A DNA stretch of 64,000 nucleotides from an uncultured Gammaproteobacteria bacterium (GCA_902553145.1 CACDKD010000001.1:89786-153785), one strand, 5' to 3'. Counted from the stretch's first letter, positions 18,730 through 28,571 are shown. Translations and numbers: made by a program. Notes: generated by a model not told the origin, from the sequence alone.

Positions 18730-19573
18730 GTTCCCTCTCTATCTCATCCCACATTTCTTCTATCCATTTTTTTATTGTCAATGCTTCTTCCCATCGATCA
18801 GATAGTTCTAGTTGGTTTGCGTCCGTTATTGCGTAGCTTGTTGGCGGCCCAAGCTCACACAGAAATCTCACTGTAGCGTCCTCAGTTTGGCGTTTTTTCC
18901 ACTGCTCTAGTCCATACTTCCACCAACCTTTAAAAATAGACACCCACTCCTTATGTTGTGAAAAGTCTATCTGGATCTGGATCTGCCCTCTTGATGCAAC
19001 CCTTCCCTGAAAGCAGTCTGATCGATTAAGTATTGTTTCAATATGCTTCTGATCTCGGTTGTTTATCGGTGTCCACATTTCTCTGTCTACCACAAAGTGT
19101 GACAAATCAGCCGTTAATCTCATTTCAGGAACTTCTTCGATCAACTGGAGCGTATAATAAAGATCATTCAAGAGGCTATCTCTGTGGGTCTCAAACAGTA
19201 TTTTAACTCCTTCTCTGTCTGCTTCCTCCATCCAGTCATAAACTAAAGGTATGGCATCTTTATAGTTAATTGGCATGATGCCGCCTATAATGTTCACAAA
19301 GCATGCGTCAAACTCTTTTGCCAATCTCAAGAGTGGCAAAAGGTCTTCTTTGGAGTAGGGAAAGGCATTCACCATGCACCCCAAACCGCTCTCAACAAAA
19401 TAGTGTTTTTTCTTCTGGAACTCTTCAATCTCATGCGCAGCTAAATCAATTGTGGCTCCAGCAAAACCCCCGCCTTTTATTTTTTTAAAGTTATGCTCAT
19501 CTGAAGGCTCTTCTTTGGTGGGATGCCTTTGCTCCATTCCCCAGAGAGACTGATAGACCTCAAGCCTATGCAT
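18722..19573 (-). CDS. Xylose-isomerase-like TIM-barrel protein (sugar phosphate isomerase/epimerase family)
   Basis: QSLWGM, FETHR, LTADLSHF and CELGPP metal-binding pattern. Confidence 0.75.
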   Translation of the reverse strand: MHRLEVYQSLWGMEQRHPTKEEPSDEHNFKKIKGGGFAGATIDLAAHEIEEFQKKKHYFVESGLGCMVNAFPYSKEDLLPLLRLAKEFDACFVNIIGGIMPINYKDAIPLVYDWMEEADREGVKILFETHRDSLLNDLYYTLQLIEEVPEMRLTADLSHFVVDREMWTPINNRDQKHIETILNRSDCFQGRVASRGQIQIQIDFSQHKEWVSIFKGWWKYGLEQWKKRQTEDATVRFLCELGPPTSYAITDANQLELSDRWEEALTIKKWIEEMWDEIEREHE

Positions 19574-20594
19574 TCAGATACCCCTCAGCGCCAGCCTCAA
19601 CAAGGATTTTCTTCAGCTCTTGGTCTTGTGAAACTGTTTTGTAATGCTCCATAAGCAGGCCAAATGATTTTGCATGAAACTTCTGCACTGAAGTCACCTT
19701 GTGTTCAAAAGGTCTTCCTTTTAGGGTTATTGAAAGCTCATCTTTGTTGTTTTTAACCGCATCATTGTTTGCGGTCACCCAGGGCAAAAACATTTCCGAA
19801 ATTTCTTCTTTTATCAAGGGCAAAAGTGTTGGTTTTAGTTCGTGCCATTCCTCAAAGCCGCCCTGCTCTTTTGGGTCTACCATTCTGTCGATCCAGTCAT
19901 TTAGTTTTAGCGCGTGGTTTTGGATAAACTCAAAGCCTGTTGGGTCGTTATTTGCATTATAAATATGGCCCCACAATGCAAAATCTGCAATGGAGGGTCT
20001 ATTGCCAAAAATATATGGTCTTCTCTCTAGGTGTTTATCAAGCAGTCTTATTAGGTTTTTGAATGATTCTTCTATTGATATTCCTGTTACTTCGTTTGAC
20101 CCAATCACCCAGAGTCTTTTTGACATTCTTTGTTTAAAGGTCTTTGAGGCTTTGTTGAGAATAAGCGTTCTTAACCCAAAAACTTTTTGTGCTGCTTTGG
20201 GTACAAAGAGTTTTGCGAATCTTCTGCTGGCTGCATCTAGGTTTTCTTCATAATGCCACCGATAATGGCACATATGTTTTACTGCCCACTCATCTGCATA
20301 TTCTTCGATCAACCTAGATAAAAATGACAGTGTTGCTGACTCGGGGATAACTCTTTTGTTTTTAAAGTCTTCTTCCATTTTTAGAATGATGGGGGTTGAG
20401 TCCTGAAGCACTTCTCCATTTGGACAATGGACCAATGGGACAATTTGAATTTTTGCTAATTTTCTGAATGCATTTTGGGTTTTCAGGTTTCTTTCTATCC
20501 ATTCGTGCTCGATTTCTTTGTATCTAAAGTATGACCTCACCTTTACAGAATAAGGCGAAAGCTCGGAACCATAAATTGAGTATTTTTCACTCAC
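19566..20594 (-). CDS. Glutathione S-transferase family protein
   Basis: SPYSVKVRSY, VPLV, QDSTPII and PSIADFAL. Confidence 0.85.
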   Translation of the reverse strand: MSEKYSIYGSELSPYSVKVRSYFRYKEIEHEWIERNLKTQNAFRKLAKIQIVPLVHCPNGEVLQDSTPIILKMEEDFKNKRVIPESATLSFLSRLIEEYADEWAVKHMCHYRWHYEENLDAASRRFAKLFVPKAAQKVFGLRTLILNKASKTFKQRMSKRLWVIGSNEVTGISIEESFKNLIRLLDKHLERRPYIFGNRPSIADFALWGHIYNANNDPTGFEFIQNHALKLNDWIDRMVDPKEQGGFEEWHELKPTLLPLIKEEISEMFLPWVTANNDAVKNNKDELSITLKGRPFEHKVTSVQKFHAKSFGLLMEHYKTVSQDQELKKILVEAGAEGYLNA

Positions 20595-21858
20595 TTTTTT
20601 CTCTGATTAGGTTTTTTGCTAGATAAAACATTATAGGTGTTAATTTTGTCTCGCTCTCCTCTTTGTCTTTAAAATAACTATTCCAAACAAACACATAATC
20701 ATGAACTGGGTTAACCATTACTCCTTGTCCCGCCCATCCTCCTTTGTACAGTGTCCCATCCTCAAAGACAAAATCCCATTGGTATGTATTGTGTTTTACG
20801 CCTTCTGGGAGGTTTTCCTGGCTTGCTAAAAGCTCTGGGCGGCCTTGATAGAGGAGCCTCTCAATATGCGTCTCTGCAATTAAAGGGCGTTCGGTAACAA
20901 CATTATGGCTTGGTGTAAATAAAAGCCCAAACCTTGCCAAGTCTCTTGGTCTTGCCAAAAGCCCGCCATGAATAACTGGGACTCCATACCTGGGTGCAAA
21001 AAATGCTGCGTCAGCCTCAGCGCCAATCTTGGACCAGATCATCTCACTTGCGGCTTCGTGCAACTGTACGCCTGTCACTTTCTCAACAAGCCATCCCAAC
21101 ACAAAAGTATTCACCCCTGAATAGTCGTACTCTTTTCCTTGGTCAGAGTATTTCCCAACATCAAGCTTTGATATATATTCGTATGGATTATCGGGCGAGC
21201 GCTCATCCCAATACCCGTCACCAATTGATGCCGAATAAATGTAATAACAAGCTGACTTGTTTACATACTCCTCTGGACAATTAATCCCGGTTGCCATATC
21301 CAGAATGTTTTTAATTTTGATCCCCTTAAAGTCTGAAGCAGAAAGTTCTGGGATGTAGTGATCTATGCTTAGCTCAACATTGACTTTATTTTTGGATTCA
21401 AGAATTGCTACCATGGCAGAGACTAATACTTTGGTGACAGACCAATGCACTGGCTTCTCTTGTGCTTTCATTCTCGGATAGCGCTCAAAAACAATCCTTC
21501 CTTTATGGAGTATAAGAACAGAGATCGCTGTTGATTCATCGCTTTCTAAGAATCTGTTCAGCTCCATCTCACCACGCTTCGTGGGCACATATGTTGCGCC
21601 AATAGTTTCATCAATTACTGTTTCAAGCCCTTTAACCGCTCCACTGCGGTGCACTGTGACTGTTGGAAAAATTGTGTGTAAGTTTTTAAAGCTCCAAAGC
21701 ATGGTTTCGCCATTTTTTGTCCACCAAATATCCTCTTTGGGAAGGCTTTCAATTTGTTTTCTTGCGAATTCTGCGGGCGGGGTTTCTTTTTTTGCCTCTA
21801 AGGACAACACAAAAAGCGAGGTGATTAAAAATATACTGGCTAAAAAAGATCTTGGCAC
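20587..21858 (-). CDS. Exported serine hydrolase, beta-lactamase/NylB-like family
   Basis: Signal peptide, SVTK (SxxK), YSG and KGGWAGQ. Confidence 0.85.
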   Translation of the reverse strand: MPRSFLASIFLITSLFVLSLEAKKETPPAEFARKQIESLPKEDIWWTKNGETMLWSFKNLHTIFPTVTVHRSGAVKGLETVIDETIGATYVPTKRGEMELNRFLESDESTAISVLILHKGRIVFERYPRMKAQEKPVHWSVTKVLVSAMVAILESKNKVNVELSIDHYIPELSASDFKGIKIKNILDMATGINCPEEYVNKSACYYIYSASIGDGYWDERSPDNPYEYISKLDVGKYSDQGKEYDYSGVNTFVLGWLVEKVTGVQLHEAASEMIWSKIGAEADAAFFAPRYGVPVIHGGLLARPRDLARFGLLFTPSHNVVTERPLIAETHIERLLYQGRPELLASQENLPEGVKHNTYQWDFVFEDGTLYKGGWAGQGVMVNPVHDYVFVWNSYFKDKEESETKLTPIMFYLAKNLIREKSE

Positions 21859-21867
21859 GTCAACAGT

Positions 21868-22821
21868 TCATGCTTTAATAATTTTTTCTGTTCTAAAGAA
21901 CATAAAAAAGAACCATGTTGAGAGCGCTGATAGTAAGTGCCACGCTGCATGAGGCTGAAACCACGAATCGGGGTAACACAATATGTCTGACCATTGGTTT
22001 AGCCAAATAGTAAAGGCCGTGAAATAGGTCACAACACCTAAGTAGAACCAAGGATTATATGTTCTTTTGGTGTCTGGTGCTTGTTTTGAAAATATTGCCG
22101 GCACCCAGAAAAGAATAGTCCACCAATAGGTTTCGGGGTCCTGAAGGATCTCTGCTGGCATTATTCCAAAAACAGCTGCAACGATAAAGCCAACAAAGCC
22201 TGAGGCCCATCTAAAGGTTGGCGACCAAAACCTGTGCAAACATTCAGAAATAACCCAAAGTCCAATTGATAGGCCAAAAAGGTCCAGGCCTATGCCAAGA
22301 CCATCTCCGAATGTCCAGCGAGTGGTCGCATATGCAACAACAACCGAAACGTAAACAGCGACAAATTTTTTCTCTCCCCAGCCTCCCATGCACTTGAGGT
22401 TATAGATCCATGGGAAAACTATAAACATCACCATGCTTAGGTTATCCGCCCACTGGCCCCAGTCTGTATGAGTGCCATGCATTAACATTGATCCTGGGCC
22501 TAAATAAATAACCGCAGCGGCGAAAATTCCTGATGTTTTATTTATGCCATAAAACCTTTGGTCCTCTCTTGTCTTTTCATCAGAAAGCACCTTAAACATA
22601 ATGAGTCCAGAGATCATAAAACCAAGATTACTAAGTGCATTAGCGGGCTCTCTGAAAATTCCATCTACTATTCTTTCGCACCATCTTGAGATCCCTCCAA
22701 TGGTGAGGCCTGGCTCAATTGAGAGCATATAGCCCATTGAAGCAAGAACAATATAGCCAAACAAAAAAGTGAGGCTAATAATAAATGCTGTATGAAAAGG
22801 GTTTAATCTCATGCTTTTCAT
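21868..22821 (-). CDS. Polytopic membrane hydrolase, alkaline ceramidase (CREST superfamily)-like
   Basis: WCE, EPANALSNLGF, GSMLMH (SxxxH), D in WADN, and HAAWH (HxxWH) Zn-binding pattern; multiple TM helices. Confidence 0.7.
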   Translation of the reverse strand: MKSMRLNPFHTAFIISLTFLFGYIVLASMGYMLSIEPGLTIGGISRWCERIVDGIFREPANALSNLGFMISGLIMFKVLSDEKTREDQRFYGINKTSGIFAAAVIYLGPGSMLMHGTHTDWGQWADNLSMVMFIVFPWIYNLKCMGGWGEKKFVAVYVSVVVAYATTRWTFGDGLGIGLDLFGLSIGLWVISECLHRFWSPTFRWASGFVGFIVAAVFGIMPAEILQDPETYWWTILFWVPAIFSKQAPDTKRTYNPWFYLGVVTYFTAFTIWLNQWSDILCYPDSWFQPHAAWHLLSALSTWFFFMFFRTEKIIKA

Positions 22822-22844
22822 TTATCTATCTCCAAATGAGAATA

Positions 22845-24200
22845 CTACTTTAGGTATTTCTTTGTGTTTGCCTTACCAAGCTCCACGCCCCATTGGTCAA
22901 ATGCATTTATCTTCCAAATAAGGCTGTTGAGTATGGTTTTATTTTCCCATGTAGCGATAAGGTTTCCCATTGTTCTTGGTGATATTTTTTCCATTTCTAG
23001 GGTGGTAAATCGTCTTCTATTGGTTTGTTTGTAAGGTGTTTTTTCTGTTTCTGTGCCTTCAAGCAGGCTTTGTGTTTGCCCAAAGTATTGTGCTGTATTA
23101 AGCTTGTTTTCCTCCTCTCTTGAGGCTATGAAATATAGGTTCATATCCTTTGTCCCCTGGAAAATTTGTTGATAAAAAGAGTGTTGAGAAACCGGGCCAT
23201 AGCCGCCCCAAACAATTGAATTTGTTTGATAGTCTACCCTTTCTCCGTTTTGGTCTACTTGCTTTCCATTAGACTCCATCTCTAGTTGTTGTGCATACTT
23301 ATAAAACCCTCTTAGGGGCCAGTCATATGCTAAAATTGCGCTTGTTTGGTTATCTAAAATATTGTTGTGCATAATGTCTTGGGCGCACATATATATACTA
23401 GCAACATCTTCCAACCTTCCTGAGCTCAAGATGTTTTCGTCTGCCTCATGTCCGCCTAAATAAAAATCTTGGATTGCTTTTTTGCCCATTTGTATCAAAA
23501 AAAGTAGGTTGATTGGCGACCAAATTGAAAATCTTCCGCCTGTTGCTTTGCTAAAAGTCAGTATGTTTTTACTTGGGACCCCCAAAGCCTCTGCTCCGGA
23601 CTTGTTTGATGTAATTGCATAGGTGTTTTCCATATACTCTTTTTTGGTGACTATCTCATAAGACCTTAGTGTCTCAATGGTGGAAAAAGATTTGGATGCC
23701 AATATGAAAGCACACTCTTCAAGACACAGGCCTTTTGTTTTATTCTCAATCTCTTTTGGATCACTGCCGGTTATGAAGATGATTTTTTGATTGGAGCCAT
23801 AACAAAGCGTTTGTTGAATCAGCTCAGGGCCTAGTTGTGAGCCGCCGATGCCAAAAAAAATGATTGTCTCATAGTTTTGTTTATTGATTTGATCGCTCAC
23901 TGTTGACATTCTTTCCTGCTCTTCTAAAACCTTTTGGTCTCTGGAAATATCTGTTTTTCTGTAACTAAAGTGGTCCGCTGCTTTTTTCTCTGTTGTGTTT
24001 GCCTGTTCTCCAAAATAAATTGATGAAAACCTTTCAATGATTTTTTCTTGTTCTATATGTCCCAGAAATGAATCCAGATATTCTTGAGAAAATCTTTGTG
24101 CGCTAAAATCAATGGTTAAGCCGCCTATTTTTTTAACTGGGGTTGCTTCGCCTTTTTTTGCGTATTTTTTATCTGCGATTATGTTCCTAAATGAGGGCAT
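22845..24200 (-). CDS. pgi: Glucose-6-phosphate isomerase (compact)
   Basis: GIGGS, SKSFSTIET, GGRFS, QQLEMESNGK, QHSFYQ and FDQWGVELGK. Confidence 0.93.
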   Translation of the reverse strand: MPSFRNIIADKKYAKKGEATPVKKIGGLTIDFSAQRFSQEYLDSFLGHIEQEKIIERFSSIYFGEQANTTEKKAADHFSYRKTDISRDQKVLEEQERMSTVSDQINKQNYETIIFFGIGGSQLGPELIQQTLCYGSNQKIIFITGSDPKEIENKTKGLCLEECAFILASKSFSTIETLRSYEIVTKKEYMENTYAITSNKSGAEALGVPSKNILTFSKATGGRFSIWSPINLLFLIQMGKKAIQDFYLGGHEADENILSSGRLEDVASIYMCAQDIMHNNILDNQTSAILAYDWPLRGFYKYAQQLEMESNGKQVDQNGERVDYQTNSIVWGGYGPVSQHSFYQQIFQGTKDMNLYFIASREEENKLNTAQYFGQTQSLLEGTETEKTPYKQTNRRRFTTLEMEKISPRTMGNLIATWENKTILNSLIWKINAFDQWGVELGKANTKKYLK

Positions 24201-24201
24201 T

Positions 24202-24426
24202 TTATTTTTTGTTTTTTGGTCTTATCATTATTTTAATCTTTTCTAAGAGCTCTGGTCCAAGCAAAACACTTCCTGCTATGAAGGTTACCCAGCTTATGCC
24301 ATATAAGGCGGCCGCAAGGCCGAACTTTTCTGCAATTGACCAATCGCTATCTACTGCAACAAAGATTAACAAAGCGTAAACCAACCAGGAACCGAAAAAT
24401 AGTACTGCGCCGACAGCCTTTCTCAT
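24202..24426 (-). CDS. Small two-TM membrane protein
   Basis: Two hydrophobic helices ending LLGPELL plus a basic tail; tightly packed in the gene run. Confidence 0.65.
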   Translation of the reverse strand: MRKAVGAVLFFGSWLVYALLIFVAVDSDWSIAEKFGLAAALYGISWVTFIAGSVLLGPELLEKIKIMIRPKNKK

Positions 24427-24428
24427 GC

Positions 24429-25634
24429 TTATCCCCAATCCTTAAGGTTTGTTAGGGTGTTTTCCATTGCCTCTGGCGTGATGCTGCTTTCTGTTTCTAT
24501 TAACTTTTTTCCTAACATGAATGTTTTTTGATCATTAACACACTCTACTGCTGTTAGTTTGTTCTCCTTGAAATGGCAAGCAGAAAATTTTATTTCCTCC
24601 GTTTTGCCTCTAATGACTGTTAAGTCACATTCTTGTGAGAGCCCTGCAATCTTGAGTTTTAAATCGTACTGGTCTGACCAAAACCATGGAGTTGAATTAT
24701 AAAGAATGGGCTCACCAACTATTGATGAGGAGACTATGGCTGCTTGGTCAATTGCGTTTTGAACAGACTCTAATCGATGCCTAGTTCCATACCTTGAATA
24801 ATAATAATTTACACAATCGCCGGCAGCATAAATATTTTTGTCGTTTGTTAGGCAATTTTCGTCTACCAAAATGCCGTTACTACAATCAAGCCCTGCATCT
24901 TCTGCAATCGAGCTCGCCGCCTGAACGCCGACACCGATTACAACAAAGTCTGGGTTGGAGCCTTTTCCATCACTGAGGTCGATTCTTACGCCCTTATCTG
25001 TTGGTTCTATTCTTTCTGCTATTGTGTTTAGTTTAAATTCGACTCCCATTTTCTCGTGATAGCTCTTTATAAAGTTCGAAATTTCTTTACTGGCGGACCT
25101 TTGCATGATTCTTTTTTCTGCTTCAAAAACGGTTGTTTGTAAACCCATCTTTTTTGCAGTTGCTGCGACCTCAAGCCCTATATAGCCTGCTCCAACTATG
25201 CCGACGCTTTTACTTTCTTTAAGTTGTTTTTGAAGCTCTATAGCATTAGAAAGGGTGTTGAGATAGATTATTCTTTTATGTTCTTTTGAGGTTATTTTAT
25301 TGAGATTGCTTCCAGTGGTTATTACGAGCTTTTTATAGTCTATGCTCCTTCCATCCTCCAGGATTACCTCTTGTTTTTTCGTGTTTAGTTTTATTGCTCG
25401 ATGTCTTAAAAGTACCTTGATTCCATTTTTTTCATAGTATTCTTCGCTTTTAAAAAAAAGGGATTCTATTTTGGTTTTGCCTGTAAGGAAACCCTTTGAA
25501 AGCGGCGGTCTCTGATAGGGGTAGCTTGCTTCTTCTGTGATAATAGAAATGCTGCCCTCAAACTTTTTCTTTCTTAGGTTGATGGCCACCATACTTCCTG
25601 CTTGACCGCCGCCTATTATTAAAACATCACTCAT
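24429..25634 (-). CDS. FAD-dependent ferredoxin--NAD(P)H reductase (putidaredoxin/rhodocoxin reductase-like)
   Basis: GGGQAG, PYQRPPLSK, GAGYIGLE, AAGDC, RLESVQNA and PWFWSDQY. Confidence 0.9.
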   Translation of the reverse strand: MSDVLIIGGGQAGSMVAINLRKKKFEGSISIITEEASYPYQRPPLSKGFLTGKTKIESLFFKSEEYYEKNGIKVLLRHRAIKLNTKKQEVILEDGRSIDYKKLVITTGSNLNKITSKEHKRIIYLNTLSNAIELQKQLKESKSVGIVGAGYIGLEVAATAKKMGLQTTVFEAEKRIMQRSASKEISNFIKSYHEKMGVEFKLNTIAERIEPTDKGVRIDLSDGKGSNPDFVVIGVGVQAASSIAEDAGLDCSNGILVDENCLTNDKNIYAAGDCVNYYYSRYGTRHRLESVQNAIDQAAIVSSSIVGEPILYNSTPWFWSDQYDLKLKIAGLSQECDLTVIRGKTEEIKFSACHFKENKLTAVECVNDQKTFMLGKKLIETESSITPEAMENTLTNLKDWG

Positions 25635-25646
25635 TTTTTAATAATA

Positions 25647-26216
25647 TCAGGTTTTCAGTAGTGGTTTGATCTGGTCTATTAATTCAAGCAGTTCTGGTTT
25701 GTTTTCAATGATCTCTTCTATGCTGAGGCCTTCCAGCTCGTGAGGGAAAACAAGCCAGCGATCTGTTTCGTGAAGAAAGTAGTCTGGGGTTCTGTTTGTC
25801 TCGTTGTTCTTGGGTTTGAAATATGGGGTTGCTACTTTTATTTCTGGTGTGTTTTTTTTACATGCTTTTCTTAGGTTTTTAATTATTTGGTCAATTGACA
25901 GCCCTGTGTCATGAACATCATCTACTATCAGTAAAGAGTCTTCTGATTCAAGCTTATTGATTACATAATTAAGGCCATATACTTGGACGCTTTGTTTTTT
26001 TTCTGCAATGCCTGAATAATACGATGTTCTAATTGCAATATGGTCTGACTCAACGCCGAGCACATCTAAAAACTCTTGAACAGCAATTCCAATTGGCGCT
26101 CCCCCTCTCCAAACCCCTACAATATAATTTGGTCTATAGCCGCTTTTATAAACCTGCCAAGCCAGCTCAAACGAATCTTTTAAGAGTTTTTCTGACTGGA
26201 TAAAGTGTTTTTCCAT
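25647..26216 (-). CDS. Type I phosphoribosyltransferase, purine (hypoxanthine/xanthine/guanine) salvage-like
   Basis: GVWRGG, LLIVDDVHDTG PRPP loop and WLVFPHE. Confidence 0.85.
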   Translation of the reverse strand: MEKHFIQSEKLLKDSFELAWQVYKSGYRPNYIVGVWRGGAPIGIAVQEFLDVLGVESDHIAIRTSYYSGIAEKKQSVQVYGLNYVINKLESEDSLLIVDDVHDTGLSIDQIIKNLRKACKKNTPEIKVATPYFKPKNNETNRTPDYFLHETDRWLVFPHELEGLSIEEIIENKPELLELIDQIKPLLKT

Positions 26217-26233
26217 TAGCTTTTTCTACTTTT

Positions 26234-26264
26234 TTAACTCTGAGCCGTAACAGCCCAGAGTTAA
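26234..26264 (-). terminator. 14-bp stem-loop between TonB receptor and PRTase (mRNA stabiliser or partial terminator)
   Basis: Minus strand TTAACTCTGGGCTG-TTA-CGGCTCAGAGTTAA. It pairs fully only on the minus strand (two G.U pairs) and has no U-tract. Confidence 0.6.
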
Positions 26265-26271
26265 TTGTTGT

Positions 26272-28557
26272 TTAGAATTCAGCGCCAATTCTTAACATTA
26301 TCTGTCTTGGAGCTATAAGCTCGTCGCCCGTTGCTCCAACGCCAAAGACATCGGTGAATCTCGCATTGATTCCGTCTTTGTCAAAGAGGTTTTTACCGAT
26401 CAACTCAAAACGTAAGTTATTTTGAGCGCCAGCAGGATAAAAACCTAACATTACATCCAACACATCATAGTTTGGAACAACGTCTGTTGTGTTGTTGTTG
26501 AATATTCTGTGCTTAAACCCGCCGCGGTAAGTGTATTGTATCGTGCCTTTAAGCTCTCCCCAACTGAGGTCGTCTGTCCAGTTAAGCGCCACATTACCAG
26601 TAAAGCTTGGTGTTTTAGCGAGCTCATTCCCTCTTACGTTTTGTATTCTTCCTGCGCGAGCAATCTGGACATCGTTACTGAATAAGCCAATGCCCTGTGC
26701 CAAAAGCGCATTTGTAGCATTCTCTGACTCAACATTATCTAGCGCCAAATGATCTGCTGTAATTTCTGTATCGAGCCACGACATTCTTAAATCAAGGATT
26801 ACGTCGTCAGACAAAAACGCGGATAGCTCTAGCTCTGCTCCGTATATTTCTGAGTCTGGAATATTGCCAACACCGCCCTCAAAAACCTCTGGGTCAGTTG
26901 CCTGATACTGAAGCCCTTCATAATTATATAGGAAGGCTGCTGTGTTTAGCCTTACCCGTCCTCCAGCAAGGTCGGTTTTAAGCCCAACCTCAAAGGCATC
27001 GACAATTTCTTCCTGAAATGTAGGTAATACTACAATCTGTGCAACAACATCTTCTCTTCCATAAGTGAGGTTTGAGCCTCCTGGTTTATATCCTCTCGTG
27101 AAAGAACCAAAAACCATTGTGTTATCGTCGATGTCTTTTTCAATAACAAACCTACCTGTAACCTTGTTGCCGTCTGTTTCAAGTATGTCTGTTCCTGAAC
27201 GTCCGTAAAAATTTGTGACTGCGCTATAGACTTCGTCGTTTGTGTGTCTTAGCCCAAAGACAGTTCTTAAGGAGTCGCTGTGATTCCATGTGCCTTGGCC
27301 ATAAAATGAGGTTGAGTCTCTTTCTGGGGTTGAGTTTGTAATAAAACCAAAGTCGCCGCTATAGCTATACACATCATCTATAGTAAACGGATCAAATACG
27401 CCATCAAAACCAAAATCGAGCCTTTCTAATATGCTGATCTCAATTTCTGTATCCAGGTAGAAAAACCCTGCTACCCAATCAAGCTTTCCAAACATGGGTT
27501 CGGATGAAACAAGATTAATCTCTTGTGTGACGGTTGTTTGTTTGTTTGTCTCTGGATCATACTCGCTTGGCAGCAAAGCAAAAGGAGGCAAATAACTCAG
27601 ATCATTTCTATCGTTATCTCTTCTAACCAAGATATCATCGACTTGATAACTTGTTAGTGACTTTACGCTGAAGTTCTCTAGATCCCATTCGAGGACAGCA
27701 CTAAAAAGTTGTGCCTCTAACTTATGCTCTGTTGTTGAGTTCTGGCGGAGCTGTCTTGGGTCGGGTGTTGGGTCGATTATCCCTTTTTGAGCCGCTCCAT
27801 TTCTATCTTCATCGAAAATCTGTGCCATGAAGTTTGCTCTAAAAGTGTCTGAGGGCTCGTACTTTAGGCGCACCCTGGCAGAAAAACTGTCAGCGTCATC
27901 AAGGTCCTGGCCATTGCTTAGGTTTTCTGTGAAGCCGTCTCTAATATTAGATATAAACGACGCCCTCATAGCTAAATTGTCGCTCAAAGGTCTGTTAAAA
28001 CCAGCCCTTACCTTGAATAGTCCGTGATCACCTAGTGTAAGATCTGCTGACCCGTATGTCTCATCCGTGGTTGGGGCTTTGGTAACAACATTAATTGCCC
28101 CGCCCGTAGAGTTTTGCCCAAACAAAGTTCCTTGTGGGCCCCGAAGCACCTCAACCCTCTCAAGGTCGAGAAAATCAGTTTGAAGCGAGTAAGGTGATGC
28201 AACATATATGCCATCTAAATGATACGAAACCGACGGCGTAGCTATCGCGTTTTGATTGGTTTCATAACCAACACCTCTTATGGTGATAACTGTTTTAAAT
28301 CCTTCGTTTTTTGCAACATTTACGCCAGGTGCAATGGCGCTCAAATCAACGAATGTAGAAATTTGTCTGTTGTCAAGGTCCACTCCACTAAGCACGGTGA
28401 CAGCTTGTGATAGATCTTGGAGGCTTTCGCTTCGCTTCTCGGCAGTGACAATAATCTCTTCAAACATAGGTTCGCTGTTTTGTGCAAAAGATGAAAATGT
28501 AAAGATAGAAGCGGCAAGCAACATGGTTGCTTTTATTAAGTGGTTTGTTTTTGTCAT
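26272..28557 (-). CDS. TonB-dependent outer-membrane receptor
   Basis: Signal peptide, TonB box EEIIVTAEKR, plug VEVLRGPQGTLFG.N..GGAIN and C-terminal Phe. Confidence 0.96.
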   Translation of the reverse strand: MTKTNHLIKATMLLAASIFTFSSFAQNSEPMFEEIIVTAEKRSESLQDLSQAVTVLSGVDLDNRQISTFVDLSAIAPGVNVAKNEGFKTVITIRGVGYETNQNAIATPSVSYHLDGIYVASPYSLQTDFLDLERVEVLRGPQGTLFGQNSTGGAINVVTKAPTTDETYGSADLTLGDHGLFKVRAGFNRPLSDNLAMRASFISNIRDGFTENLSNGQDLDDADSFSARVRLKYEPSDTFRANFMAQIFDEDRNGAAQKGIIDPTPDPRQLRQNSTTEHKLEAQLFSAVLEWDLENFSVKSLTSYQVDDILVRRDNDRNDLSYLPPFALLPSEYDPETNKQTTVTQEINLVSSEPMFGKLDWVAGFFYLDTEIEISILERLDFGFDGVFDPFTIDDVYSYSGDFGFITNSTPERDSTSFYGQGTWNHSDSLRTVFGLRHTNDEVYSAVTNFYGRSGTDILETDGNKVTGRFVIEKDIDDNTMVFGSFTRGYKPGGSNLTYGREDVVAQIVVLPTFQEEIVDAFEVGLKTDLAGGRVRLNTAAFLYNYEGLQYQATDPEVFEGGVGNIPDSEIYGAELELSAFLSDDVILDLRMSWLDTEITADHLALDNVESENATNALLAQGIGLFSNDVQIARAGRIQNVRGNELAKTPSFTGNVALNWTDDLSWGELKGTIQYTYRGGFKHRIFNNNTTDVVPNYDVLDVMLGFYPAGAQNNLRFELIGKNLFDKDGINARFTDVFGVGATGDELIAPRQIMLRIGAEF

Positions 28558-28571
28558 TTCAATTCCTTTTA

